NCBI GenBank assembly: GCA_045159875.1
Contig: CP067995.1
Coordinates: 2,240,001-2,304,000 of the forward strand
Direction: 5' to 3'
DNA: 64,000 nucleotides
From: a cyanobacterium endosymbiont of Rhopalodia gibba
GTDB lineage: Bacteria > Cyanobacteriota > Cyanobacteriia > Cyanobacteriales > Microcystaceae
Translations under genes and position numbers: made by a program
The notes under the pieces: generated by a model
The model's input: the letters and a program-made list of their open reading frames with translations, nothing else
What the model was told of the DNA's origin: nothing
Databases searched by the model: none
Shown: piece after piece, positions 54,881 through 64,000 of the stretch
Numbering within the stretch: position 1 is the stretch's first letter
Layout: each line of letters begins with the position of its first letter

Positions 54881-55242
54881 GTGAGTTCGACGAGTTCTAA
54901 AAACACGGTTATTATTCTCAATATTTGATTTTAAATACAACGAGGTTGACGAGCATCCAAAATAGTAACTGTAAACAACTGTTTAGGAACAGCAGAAGGC
55001 TAGGCTAACTTATATTTTGATCCTTGAATGATATAAAAATTTTTTCGAGTAAATGAATATAAGCAATAAGTCAAACTAAAAAGTTTATAAAAAAATATAA
55101 ACACTCTAACTTGTTAAATGTTCAATTTGAAAAACATTTTAAGTTGGCTGTTAACTGTTTCAATAAAAGAAAGTCTACGAAGTAAAGTTCAATCAATCAG
55201 TTTTACTAACTTTTTCTCTTCCTAAAATTTCGTCAAACTCAC
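54881..55242 (-). mobile_element. 362-bp non-autonomous IS982-derived element with both terminal inverted repeats
   Basis: GTGAGTTCGACGA ... TCGTCAAACTCAC (12/13 match); minus strand reads D*TLLRRLSFIETVNSQLK. Confidence 0.8.
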
Positions 55243-55297
55243 ATTTTGTTTCTTAAGTTTTTTTCTTGCTGGTGTAAAATCTCAGTTCAATAAGCCT

Positions 55298-55332
55298 TGA
55301 AAATCCCGACTTGTAAAAGGTCAGGGTTTCCA
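55298..55332 (-). terminator. Putative dnaK terminator
   Basis: Imperfect hairpin GAAAATCCCGAC...GTCAGGGTTTCC about 25 nt past the dnaK stop. Confidence 0.45.
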
Positions 55333-55357
55333 AAACTTAAACTAGACGAGAAGTAAA

Positions 55358-57271
55358 TTATTTAGTTTCTGAAAATTCAGCATCAATTACATCATCGCCA
55401 CCTTCGGAAGAATCACTAGAACCCTTCCCACCCCCAGGTGTTGCGCCGTCAGGAGGAGTTGGTCCACCAGCTTGTTGATAGACACTAGTCCCAATACTAT
55501 AGAGAAGTTGCTGTAAATCTGGCATGACGGTTTTGATGGTGTCTTCATCTTCTCTGTTGATAGCTTCTCTGAGTTGACTAATCAACCCTTCAGCCTTAGT
55601 TTTATCAGCTGCAGGGATTTTATCGCCCAATTCTTTGAGTTGCTTATCGGCTTGATAGACCAAAGAGTCAGCCTCATTTTTGCGGTCAATTTTCTCTCGA
55701 CGCTCCTTATCCGTTGCAGCATTTGCTTCAGCTTCTTGTACCATGCGATCAACTTCTGAATCAGGTAAGGTAGAAGCCCCAGTAATGCTAATAGATTGTT
55801 CTTTACCTGTTCCTTTATCTTTTGCAGTTACATTAAGGATACCGTCCGCATTAATATCAAAGGTAACTTCAATTTGAGGAACGCCACGGGGTGCAGGAGG
55901 AATACCATCAAGACGAAAAGTTCCTAAACTTTTGTTATCCCGCGACATTTCCCGTTCTCCTTGAAGAACACTAATCTCTACATTTGCTTGTCCATCTTGT
56001 GCAGTGGAAAATACCTCAGATTTTTTGGTAGGGATGGTAGTGTTACGGGGGATAATTTTGGTCATGACACCACCAAGGGTTTCTACCCCAAGAGATAAGG
56101 GTGTTACGTCAAGGAGCAGAATGTCCTTAACTTCTCCAGCTAGGACACCCCCTTGAATTGCTGCACCTACAGCAACTACTTCATCTGGGTTAACTCCTTG
56201 ATTGGGGTCTTTTCCTAAAACTTTTTTAACTAATTCTTGCACAGCAGGAATTCGAGTAGAACCACCGACTAAGACGACTTCGTCAATATCGCTATTGCTG
56301 ACCTTGGCATCCTTCATGGAATTTTGCACAGGAATCCCACAACGATCAATTAAGTCAGAACAGAGGTCTTCAAATTTAGCTCGTGTCAAAGTTGTATCAA
56401 GATGCTTAGGTCCTTCTTGAGTAGCTGTGATAAAAGGAAGGTTAATTTCAGCCTGAGTAACGCCAGATAATTCAATTTTTGCTTTCTCTGCAGCTTCTGT
56501 AAGACGTTGTAGAGCTTGTTTATCTTTTCTTAAGTCTACTCCTTCTTTTGCCTTGAATTCTGCAGCTAAGTAGTCCACAATTTTTTTATCGAAATCGTCT
56601 CCTCCTAGATGAGTATCTCCAGAAGTGGCTAGGACTTCAAAAACACCATCTCCGACTTCTAGGATAGAAACGTCAAATGTCCCTCCCCCTAAATCAAATA
56701 CCAAAATAGTTTCGTTACTTTTTTTATCTAACCCGTAAGCCAAAGATGCTGCAGTAGGTTCGTTGATAATACGTTTAACTTCAATTCCAGCAATTCTCCC
56801 CGCATCTTTGGTCGCTTGACGCTGAGAGTCGTTAAAGTATGCGGGAACGGTGATAACTGCTTCTGTAACTGTTTCTCCTAAATATTTACTTGCATCGTCC
56901 ACTAATTTACGGAGAACTTGGGCAGAAATTTCCTCAGGGGCAAATTGTTTACTTTGCGATGGACAATCTAATTTAACGTTACCATTGCTATCTTTATCAA
57001 CTTTGTAGGAGACTTCAGTGCTTTCAGTGTTGACTTCGCTGTGTTTACGTCCGATGAAGCGTTTAACGGAATAAAATGTATTTTCAGGATTCATCACCGC
57101 TTGACGCTTAGCAATTTGTCCTACTAAGCGATCACCATTCTTGGCATAAGCTACCACTGAGGGGGTGGTACGAAATCCTTCTGTATTGGCAATAACAGTA
57201 GGTTTTCCTCCTTCCATAACCGCCACGCACGAGTTAGTAGTTCCTAAGTCAATTCCAACAATTTTTCCCAT
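55358..57271 (-). CDS. dnaK: Chaperone DnaK (Hsp70, DnaK2-type)
   Basis: [38 protein letters not shown]-terminal [10 protein letters not shown]. Confidence 0.98.
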   Translation of the reverse strand: MGKIVGIDLGTTNSCVAVMEGGKPTVIANTEGFRTTPSVVAYAKNGDRLVGQIAKRQAVMNPENTFYSVKRFIGRKHSEVNTESTEVSYKVDKDSNGNVKLDCPSQSKQFAPEEISAQVLRKLVDDASKYLGETVTEAVITVPAYFNDSQRQATKDAGRIAGIEVKRIINEPTAASLAYGLDKKSNETILVFDLGGGTFDVSILEVGDGVFEVLATSGDTHLGGDDFDKKIVDYLAAEFKAKEGVDLRKDKQALQRLTEAAEKAKIELSGVTQAEINLPFITATQEGPKHLDTTLTRAKFEDLCSDLIDRCGIPVQNSMKDAKVSNSDIDEVVLVGGSTRIPAVQELVKKVLGKDPNQGVNPDEVVAVGAAIQGGVLAGEVKDILLLDVTPLSLGVETLGGVMTKIIPRNTTIPTKKSEVFSTAQDGQANVEISVLQGEREMSRDNKSLGTFRLDGIPPAPRGVPQIEVTFDINADGILNVTAKDKGTGKEQSISITGASTLPDSEVDRMVQEAEANAATDKERREKIDRKNEADSLVYQADKQLKELGDKIPAADKTKAEGLISQLREAINREDEDTIKTVMPDLQQLLYSIGTSVYQQAGGPTPPDGATPGGGKGSSDSSEGGDDVIDAEFSETK

Positions 57272-57409
57272 ATTAAATACAACTCCAAGATAACTATAAG
57301 AATGAACTGATACTGAACTTGAATAAAAACCATATAATACTTCAGGAATTATGTTAGGTAAGTTCAGTCACCCATATCTATAGTGACGGTAGTAGGTCAG
57401 TCTTCGGTA

Positions 57410-57425
57410 GTGTAGTTTTCCGAAC
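57410..57425 (-). promoter_or_regulatory. K-box heat/light regulatory element upstream of dnaK
   Basis: Minus strand GTTCGG-AAAA-CTACAC versus K-box consensus GTTCGG-NNAN-CCNNAC (one mismatch), about 140 nt upstream of the ATG. Confidence 0.6.
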
Positions 57426-58124
57426 CTAAGATGACGGGTGGAAAAACCGACAAAAAGTAAAATACAAAGGTAAAAGGTAAAAAGTTTAAGTTAACTGAGT
57501 ATAAAAAGCATGTAATTTCCGCAATTTATTTTTATATTTTTATAATGAATCAAAAACAACCTTATCATTTTAAAATGATACTTTTTTTAAAAAAATTTAT
57601 TTTTTTTGTTTGACTGTAGCACTAACTTAATAATTTTTTAAAAAATTGCAATAAAAATAGATAATTATACTAATTGATGTGGAATTAACTAGTAAAATAT
57701 AAAATTCAAACCCTTCAGAATTTAAAAGATACAAAATTTTCTAACATATTAGCTGGCTTTATTAGTCAACTTAATTTTATCATTAATACTTTGTACTGAT
57801 TTTGGGTTATTATAGATAATAATTTTATTGTTTAATACATAATTATGCTACAGTATATATCCGTATATAACATAATTTAAAATACTAAAAACTTATTAAG
57901 AATTAATATTTTTATCTTATTTTTTATAATAAATTTTATTAAATTTCTCTTCCAATAAAAATCTTTAAAAGCAATAGTTAAATCTTGCACGTTCATAAAA
58001 TTTAACTTTTTATTTTCTATTGTTTTTATTTCAGTAACAATATATTTACAACTACACCATATGCAATGACTATCTATTCCTAGATAGATACAGAATATTT
58101 GACAAATGTAATTTTTTTTATGAT

Positions 58125-58400
58125 TTTATCCGTAATAATCGTCTATACAATAATTTTTTTTGAGATAGCTCTACATTTTTAGAGCAATGTTAATCAAATA
58201 AATTCAGCTATTTTATATTTACTCTTAGAATTTCATTTCATAAGAGTTTTTTAGTTAGTAATTTGATAAATCAGTAGATACATGACTATCTATAGTCCTG
58301 TACTACCATAGATAGCAGTTTGTCTTTTTTTTATGAGACTCGAAACTTTTTTTCTGATTGGCTTTAATCGTACTTTAAGTTCATCAAAACATTTAACTAG
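58125..58400 (-). mobile_element. IS630-family transposase remnant, paralog of 12010-12150
   Basis: CFDELKVRLKPIRKKVSSLIKKRQTAI (cf. FDEHRVGLKPI.RKVW.P.GERPTA); shares TTCTGATTGGCTTTAAT with 12099-12115. Confidence 0.8.
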
Positions 58401-58934
58401 ATATTTTTTCTAGGGTTTTAAGTTTTAAACTCTCAAAACTCAAGGCAATGACTAACGCTCAACGGATGGTATTAAATCAGGTGTATGAGACCTTATAGCT
58501 AGAAGTTATTGATCTGGGTTATCTTTCAATCAAAAGCTCGCCCTGAAAATCTTTGATCCTTTCTGCTAAAAATTAGGATATCTATCAAAGGGAACAAATC
58601 TCGATTATCGACTTATCTCAACCTGAGAATCTAGCTGGTATTTAGAGTATTTCGAGCAAAAATACCATTAAAATTATAGTACTAGTGCCTTTTTAAAAAT
58701 ATAGAGAAATTTGGGTAACTCTCTAGATACATCCCTGTTAACATAACATCCTTATACTTGGAATTACTCCATGCGTAATTCACTCTTGTTTTCAGGGAAC
58801 TTGTCAGCTATCAGTTTTTGTTAGGTCTTCTTAAGATAAAGATTAAACTTTACTCATGGTAACTTTTAGGGTCATTTTGATGATTGTGTGTTAAGAATAA
58901 CTAAAAGAACCCCCTCACCCGCCCACTTTAACCA

Positions 58935-60179
58935 GTGACTATTTTTAATACCTTTAAGTCTCTTGACCGAGATAAACGACGCAACCTTTCACTTTTATTT
59001 AGTACAGATCTGCTATTTTGGACGAGTTTGACGAGTCTTCTTCCCACCTTACCTCTTTATATAGAAGATATTGGTGGGACAACGACTCAAGTTGGGTTAG
59101 TCATGGGAAGTTTCGCTATTGGGTTAGTTTGTTCTCGCACTGGGTTAGGATACTTAGCTGATGGGCATAGTCGTAAATTAGTGGTTCGTATTGGTATGTT
59201 AGTTGCCACACTTGCTCCTATCGGCTATCTTTTAGTTCAGTCTGTTTGGTCACTGATGGCTATTCGCACCTTTCATGGCATCAGTTTAGCTGCTTTTAGC
59301 ACCGGTTATAGTACGTTGGTAATAGATTTATCTCCTATTAAACAGCGAGGACAACTTATAGGTTATATGAATTTAGGAGCTCCAATTGGTATGGCAATTG
59401 GCCCAGCCATGGGGACTTTTTTAAAGGAGTCTCGGGGGTACCAATCGTTCTTTCTAACAACTGCTGGCATTGGATTTTGGGGTTATTTACTCGCTTCTCA
59501 AATTAAGGAAAAACCCCGGAATCGTGACATAAACGTAGACTCAACGATATCTGATGTACATCCTCGAAATTTTAGGCAATTGTTAAGTAGTCCCTCAATC
59601 TTGGTTCCGGCTCTCATTCTATTATTGATTGGGTCAGTCTTTGGGACGTTGGTGGCGTTTTTACCGCTATTTTTACGGGAAACTGCCTTTGGATTAAGTG
59701 CTGGCTTGTTTTACACGACCGTTGCTGTTGCGAGTTTTATTATGCGGGTTGTTTCAGCACAAGCGTCTGAGCGCTATAGAGGACTGTTTATTACTGTTAG
59801 TCTTGTTTGTTACGTAACTTCTATGGGTTTGTTAACCCAAGCTCACAGTGCCAGGGACTTACTTCTAGGAGCTATTTTTGAAGGAATGGGGGCGGGAATG
59901 TTAATTCCCATGATGATTTTGCTTATTTCTGATCGGTCTTCTCCTTCTGAACGTGGTCGAGTTTATTCGGTATGTATGGGAGGATTTGACTTAGGACTAG
60001 CCATAGCTGGTACAATTTTGGGAATTTTGGGACAAATGATAAATTATCGTTCCATGTTTGCTTTAGCTGGTAGTTTGGCTATCATCGCTATGATAATATT
60101 TATGAGTCAGTCCAATAAAAGTCTCAAACATTCCCTAGGCTTTGCTTTGGGACAGGAAAAGGATTTATATTCTCAGTAA
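58935..60179 (+). CDS. MFS transporter
   Basis: About 12 TM segments, motif A-like GYLADGHSRKLV, DLSPIKQRGQ, PSERGRV. Confidence 0.9.
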   Translation: MTIFNTFKSLDRDKRRNLSLLFSTDLLFWTSLTSLLPTLPLYIEDIGGTTTQVGLVMGSFAIGLVCSRTGLGYLADGHSRKLVVRIGMLVATLAPIGYLLVQSVWSLMAIRTFHGISLAAFSTGYSTLVIDLSPIKQRGQLIGYMNLGAPIGMAIGPAMGTFLKESRGYQSFFLTTAGIGFWGYLLASQIKEKPRNRDINVDSTISDVHPRNFRQLLSSPSILVPALILLLIGSVFGTLVAFLPLFLRETAFGLSAGLFYTTVAVASFIMRVVSAQASERYRGLFITVSLVCYVTSMGLLTQAHSARDLLLGAIFEGMGAGMLIPMMILLISDRSSPSERGRVYSVCMGGFDLGLAIAGTILGILGQMINYRSMFALAGSLAIIAMIIFMSQSNKSLKHSLGFALGQEKDLYSQ

Positions 60180-60336
60180 AAGAATTAGGCTGAGCAATCA
60201 ACCCCATCAATTTTTTTTAGGAATTAATTTTTAAATGTCTAGCTTTAAGATGGGGTTTCTTCTACACACTGATGTAATTAGATGTTAATTTACGGTATAT
60301 TTAATCTATTTAACTTAATTAAATCTATTTATCTGA

Positions 60337-61488
60337 ATGCATATTGCTTGGCTAGGGAAAAAATCCCCTTTCTGTGGAAATGTTACCTATGGTCGGGAAG
60401 TGACTAATGCCCTTCTAGACCGAGGATATAACGTTAGTTTTCTTCATTTTGCTCAAGAGGAAGTTCATTCTTCTAATTGGCCCGATTGTCCGGAAGTTTT
60501 TCTTCCTTTTCTATATAAATCCCAAATTTATACGATTCCAACGCCAAGATCAAACAAAATTTTGATGCAGTCTTTGGAAGAGCTTAAACCTGATTTGGTT
60601 CATGCCTCTCTAACCCTTTCCCCTTTAGATTTTCGACTTCCTGAAATTTGTCAAGCTCTCAATTTGCCTCTAATAGCAACCTTCCATCCTGCCTTTGATA
60701 GTAAACTTCGTAATCTTAAATCAAGTACTCAATTTTTGACTTATCAATTCTATGCACCGTTTTTGGCTCACTATGATAAAGTCATCGTTTTTTCTCAATT
60801 ACAACAAAATTTACTAATTAAACTAGGAGTTCCCACTGAAAAATTAGCGGTGATTCCCAATGGGGTACATACAGACAAGTATTCTCCCGGTATTTCTCAC
60901 TTAAAATCTAAATTTTTTGCTAAACGTCTTTTTGTTTATGTGGGACGTATCGCTACCGAAAAAAATGTTGAAGCTTTACTCAAGGCTTGGAAACATACTA
61001 AAATGGGATCGAAAAGTAAATTACTCATAGTGGGAGACGGTCCCTTAAAAGCTTCGTTAGAACTATTTTACGGAACCGAGTGTGGTGTTCATTGGTTAGG
61101 TTTTGTTGCTGATGAACAACAACGCATAGACATCCTGCGAGGAGCTGACGTGTTTGTCCTTCCCTCGTTAGTGGAGGGATTGTCTCTATCCCTTCTTGAA
61201 GCCATGTCCTGTGGGCTAGCTTGTGTGGCGACGGATGCAGGGGCAGATGGAGAAGTCTTGGCTGATGGAGCGGGAATTGTGCTTAACACTCAGGGCGTGA
61301 CCACTCAATTAAAAACGTTGCTCCCTTTATTTCAAGATCACCCCGACATCACTCAACTTTTAGGACAAAAAGCAAGACAACGAGTTTTAGAAAAATATAA
61401 CCTCAGTGATAACATTATCCATTTGGAAGAAATATACACTCAGGTAGTACAACAGTCCAGTTTTACTATTCTGGGTTCTTTATTTTAA
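60337..61488 (+). CDS. dgdA: GT4 glycosyltransferase, probable digalactosyldiacylglycerol synthase (Ycf82)
   Basis: N-terminus MHIAWLGKKSPFCGNVTYGREVTNALLDRG as I recall for cyanobacterial DgdA; GT4 motif EGLSLSLLEAMSCG. Confidence 0.78.
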   Translation: MHIAWLGKKSPFCGNVTYGREVTNALLDRGYNVSFLHFAQEEVHSSNWPDCPEVFLPFLYKSQIYTIPTPRSNKILMQSLEELKPDLVHASLTLSPLDFRLPEICQALNLPLIATFHPAFDSKLRNLKSSTQFLTYQFYAPFLAHYDKVIVFSQLQQNLLIKLGVPTEKLAVIPNGVHTDKYSPGISHLKSKFFAKRLFVYVGRIATEKNVEALLKAWKHTKMGSKSKLLIVGDGPLKASLELFYGTECGVHWLGFVADEQQRIDILRGADVFVLPSLVEGLSLSLLEAMSCGLACVATDAGADGEVLADGAGIVLNTQGVTTQLKTLLPLFQDHPDITQLLGQKARQRVLEKYNLSDNIIHLEEIYTQVVQQSSFTILGSLF

Positions 61489-61637
61489 AGTTTGAATAAA
61501 GAGTAACTATCGTCTCAAATTGAGACTTTTATTGTCGGTAAATTACTTCGTTGAAATCTCTCCATAGAAAATTTAAAGCTATAGTCAAACTGTATAGCAT
61601 AGTATAATTTGACTAGAATTACAGCAAATAATTTCAT

Positions 61638-62790
61638 TATGAGGCAATCACCCATCGCTTTCCTTGTCCCTTTTCGAGGAAAGCGATGGGTGATTGCCTC
61701 GAGTATACTAGTATTACTAGCTGTAGTAACCACACGAATTTACACTCTTAAATCAACCCAAAGCCAGTCATTGAAATCAGTCATCTCCCTCCCAACAATT
61801 AATTGTACCGTCTCAGATATAGTCACGAAGAAGGTAGAAGTGGACTAGCAAACGGTTAGTCTGTCCCAAATAAATTTAGCCATTGTCAAAACAGATAGAC
61901 AATTAAAGAAATTTAAATGCCAAAATCTGCGACTAAATGCCTAGAAGCTAAAATTAGCTAGGAAATGACCACTAATTCAGTGTACTTTTGCACGTCTCAA
62001 AAAGGAATAATTGGAGAAAACAGCAATAAAGCATTATCATTAAACGCTTAGAAGCTAAATTAAAAGATGTACAATAGGAATATAGAAGCTATAAAGTCTT
62101 AGCTATTAATCGGATAGTTTCTCACTTTGAGTTAGATAAGCGTCAGTTATCTTTGGGTAAAGTTAAAGATAACTTGACAGAAGTTTAAGAAAAACTAAAC
62201 ATGATTATTAATATTCTTAGCGAATAAATTGAAGAAAAAAAAACCCAATTTACCCAAAGATAAATGATTTAACTCGAGCGATAAAATAGACAAAAGGCCT
62301 TGAGTCGTATCGTTGAAGTTTATGCTGTCGATGTCTAAAAAGTCCGGGTGTAAATAAATAAAGTCGTAGCTGAACTAAAAGAAGCTCAAGCTAATTTATA
62401 TTTATGGAATATTAAAGCTCCCAAGGATAGTGAAGTTCTGAAAATTCATCGCTATCTGGGGGAAAAGGTTGATGATACTAATGAAATTGCTAAATTAGCA
62501 TAGACTAATAAAATTAATGGTGATTGCTGAAGTGTATGAAGGTGATATTCATCATGTCAAGGTTAATCAACTAAGTAAAGTCAAAAGTGAAAACAATACC
62601 GTTCCTAGAGAACTTCAAAAAACTATACAGGAAATTGGCTTACGGATTAATAAAAAATATTTCTGAAAAACTGGTCTTCTGGTTGATGCAGACGTCAGAG
62701 TAATTACAATAAAAATTGTCCTCGATGCTAAATCGAGTCAGCCAATTTATAGGTCAACTTGAGTTCAATTTATCGCTAATATCCTAGGAT
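61638..62790 (+). pseudogene. DevB-family ABC exporter membrane fusion protein (HlyD-like) pseudogene
   Basis: N-terminal TM in ORF 61609-61848; later EAQANL..IKAPKDSEVLKIHRYLGEKV, MVIAEVYEGDIHHVKVNQ and DADVRVITIKIVLD; multiple stops. Confidence 0.85.
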
Positions 62791-63189
62791 TAATTTTTTA
62801 TTAAAACTGTATAAAATACTTTTTTAATAAAATCTGATATCTTAAGAAGAAGACAATTAAGTATTTTAACTAAATTAGTTATTTTTTTGAGCGTAGTCTT
62901 TGGAAACTTTATAAAAAATCAAAAATTAAAAAATCATTAACATTGAATATGTGACTCATCTTTCTATCCGATCAAAAGAAAAAATATTGATTTTGATGGC
63001 AGGTTTAAATCCTGATAAAACTATAATTTACCTAGAAATAAAAAAAATATTTTTATTAGTATTTAATAGAATATTTTTTTATTTTGTAGTCTTCTTTATG
63101 CATATTTTAATTTTTTTATTTAATTATTTAATCGACAAAAAACCATTAAAAATAGAAGTTATTGATTGCTTGACTAAAGTAAAAAAAAT

Positions 63190-63950
63190 TCTTTAAAAAA
63201 GATTATTTGATGCTGACGAAACCTCAATTACAAATTGATATTAGTTTTTCACTCCATTTTCTCAAGCTAAAAATGGAGTGAATTTATATTAATGTTATTA
63301 ATTTTACTAAAAACAATAAATATCTTTAGCAAAATTAAACTACGAGCAGTTTTAAAAAACTAATATAACTTATAATAGAGACTATTATTATTTATTTGGT
63401 TTTGTATATAAATACAAACGATTATTTTACAAAACATACAACGTTAAAAAATAGAGAATATACATACTTTTATCTATTAATCTTGTTTTTTAAGGAGCAA
63501 TTATTTTAATTTATGCTTGATTGATTTTGGATTTTACTTTATTCAAGTTTATTTACCAGAATACAGTTAAAGCAATTAGATTATCAATGCATAATGATAA
63601 TATCTAGAGCAATTGATGTGTTGTATTTCTGGTGTGATAGCGATTGGCAAACTTGAAATAGTTGGTATAGCAGATATTTTTTACAAAATAGATAATTAGA
63701 AAAAAAGATATGATAAGTATTATTATAAATATCGATATTTTTTATTTATAAAAAATAAAACAAACGGATTTTATTTAATAGAGATTAAGTTTCAAAAAAT
63801 GGAAAAGTGGTAATTATTGAATAGAAATCTTAGTTTATAATAAATAACTTTGTTAACCTCAATGAGAGGATTTAAATTACTATAAATAAGTAGTTTAAAA
63901 GTTTTAATAGAGGAGTTAGTAGTAAATAAAAAATAGGTACTAAGTAACAC
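63190..63950 (+). mobile_element. Possible IS630 (ISY100-like) transposase debris
   Basis: Only short motifs: NGVNL (cf. DESGVNL), ISGVIAIG, GKVVII..NLS. Very degraded. Confidence 0.35.
63248..63282. repeat. Perfect inverted repeat, 13-bp arms, 9-nt loop
   Basis: TTCACTCCATTTT-ctcaagcta-AAAATGGAGTGAA. Confidence 0.88.
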
Positions 63951-64000
63951 TTAAGGTAATATTGAGCACGTCTTTCAATAAACATAATTTATGATATTTA

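Noticed and set aside
57563..57580. 18-bp palindrome TATCATTTTAAAATGATA (also a 16-bp one at ~37336 and 9-10 bp arm hairpins at 4635 and 4691)
   Set aside because: Short and almost all A/T, so plausible by chance; not counted among the long perfect hairpins.

Overview
This window comes from an AT-rich unicellular (Chroococcales-like) cyanobacterial chromosome undergoing reductive evolution. The pattern fits a host-restricted endosymbiont such as a rhopalodiacean diatom spheroid body, but that is inference. About 32 housekeeping genes are intact or nearly so, including mraY, tlyA, spoIID/lytB, a gyrA/parC-like paralog, glgX, sufE, an iscS-like desulfurase, pstSCABB, cobT, radA, rpaB, cbiD, trhO, tRNA-Ala(TGC), ycf66, tamB, dnaK, an MFS transporter and dgdA. 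They are separated by long AT-rich tracts that I could translate by eye into decayed genes (DivK-like regulator, SYCRP1/Crp, a second PstS, a SpoIID paralog, SnoaL-like, Uma2, DevB) and nested IS debris (IS630, ISL3, IS982, IS200/IS605 tnpB). The most unusual signal is a set of at least eight unrelated perfect hairpins or palindromes (13-29 bp arms) inside this otherwise eroded DNA. One overwrites a recognisable PstS motif and one has an inverted loop relative to a paralogous copy, both signatures of template-switch (quasi-palindrome) mutagenesis. Also notable are a frameshift in an A9 tract at the 5' end of pstA, a 102-bp mini-MITE with target-site duplication between pstS and pstC, and erosion of HIP1 octamers. 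No CRISPR array or rRNA gene was seen. All assignments are by eye, without database searches.
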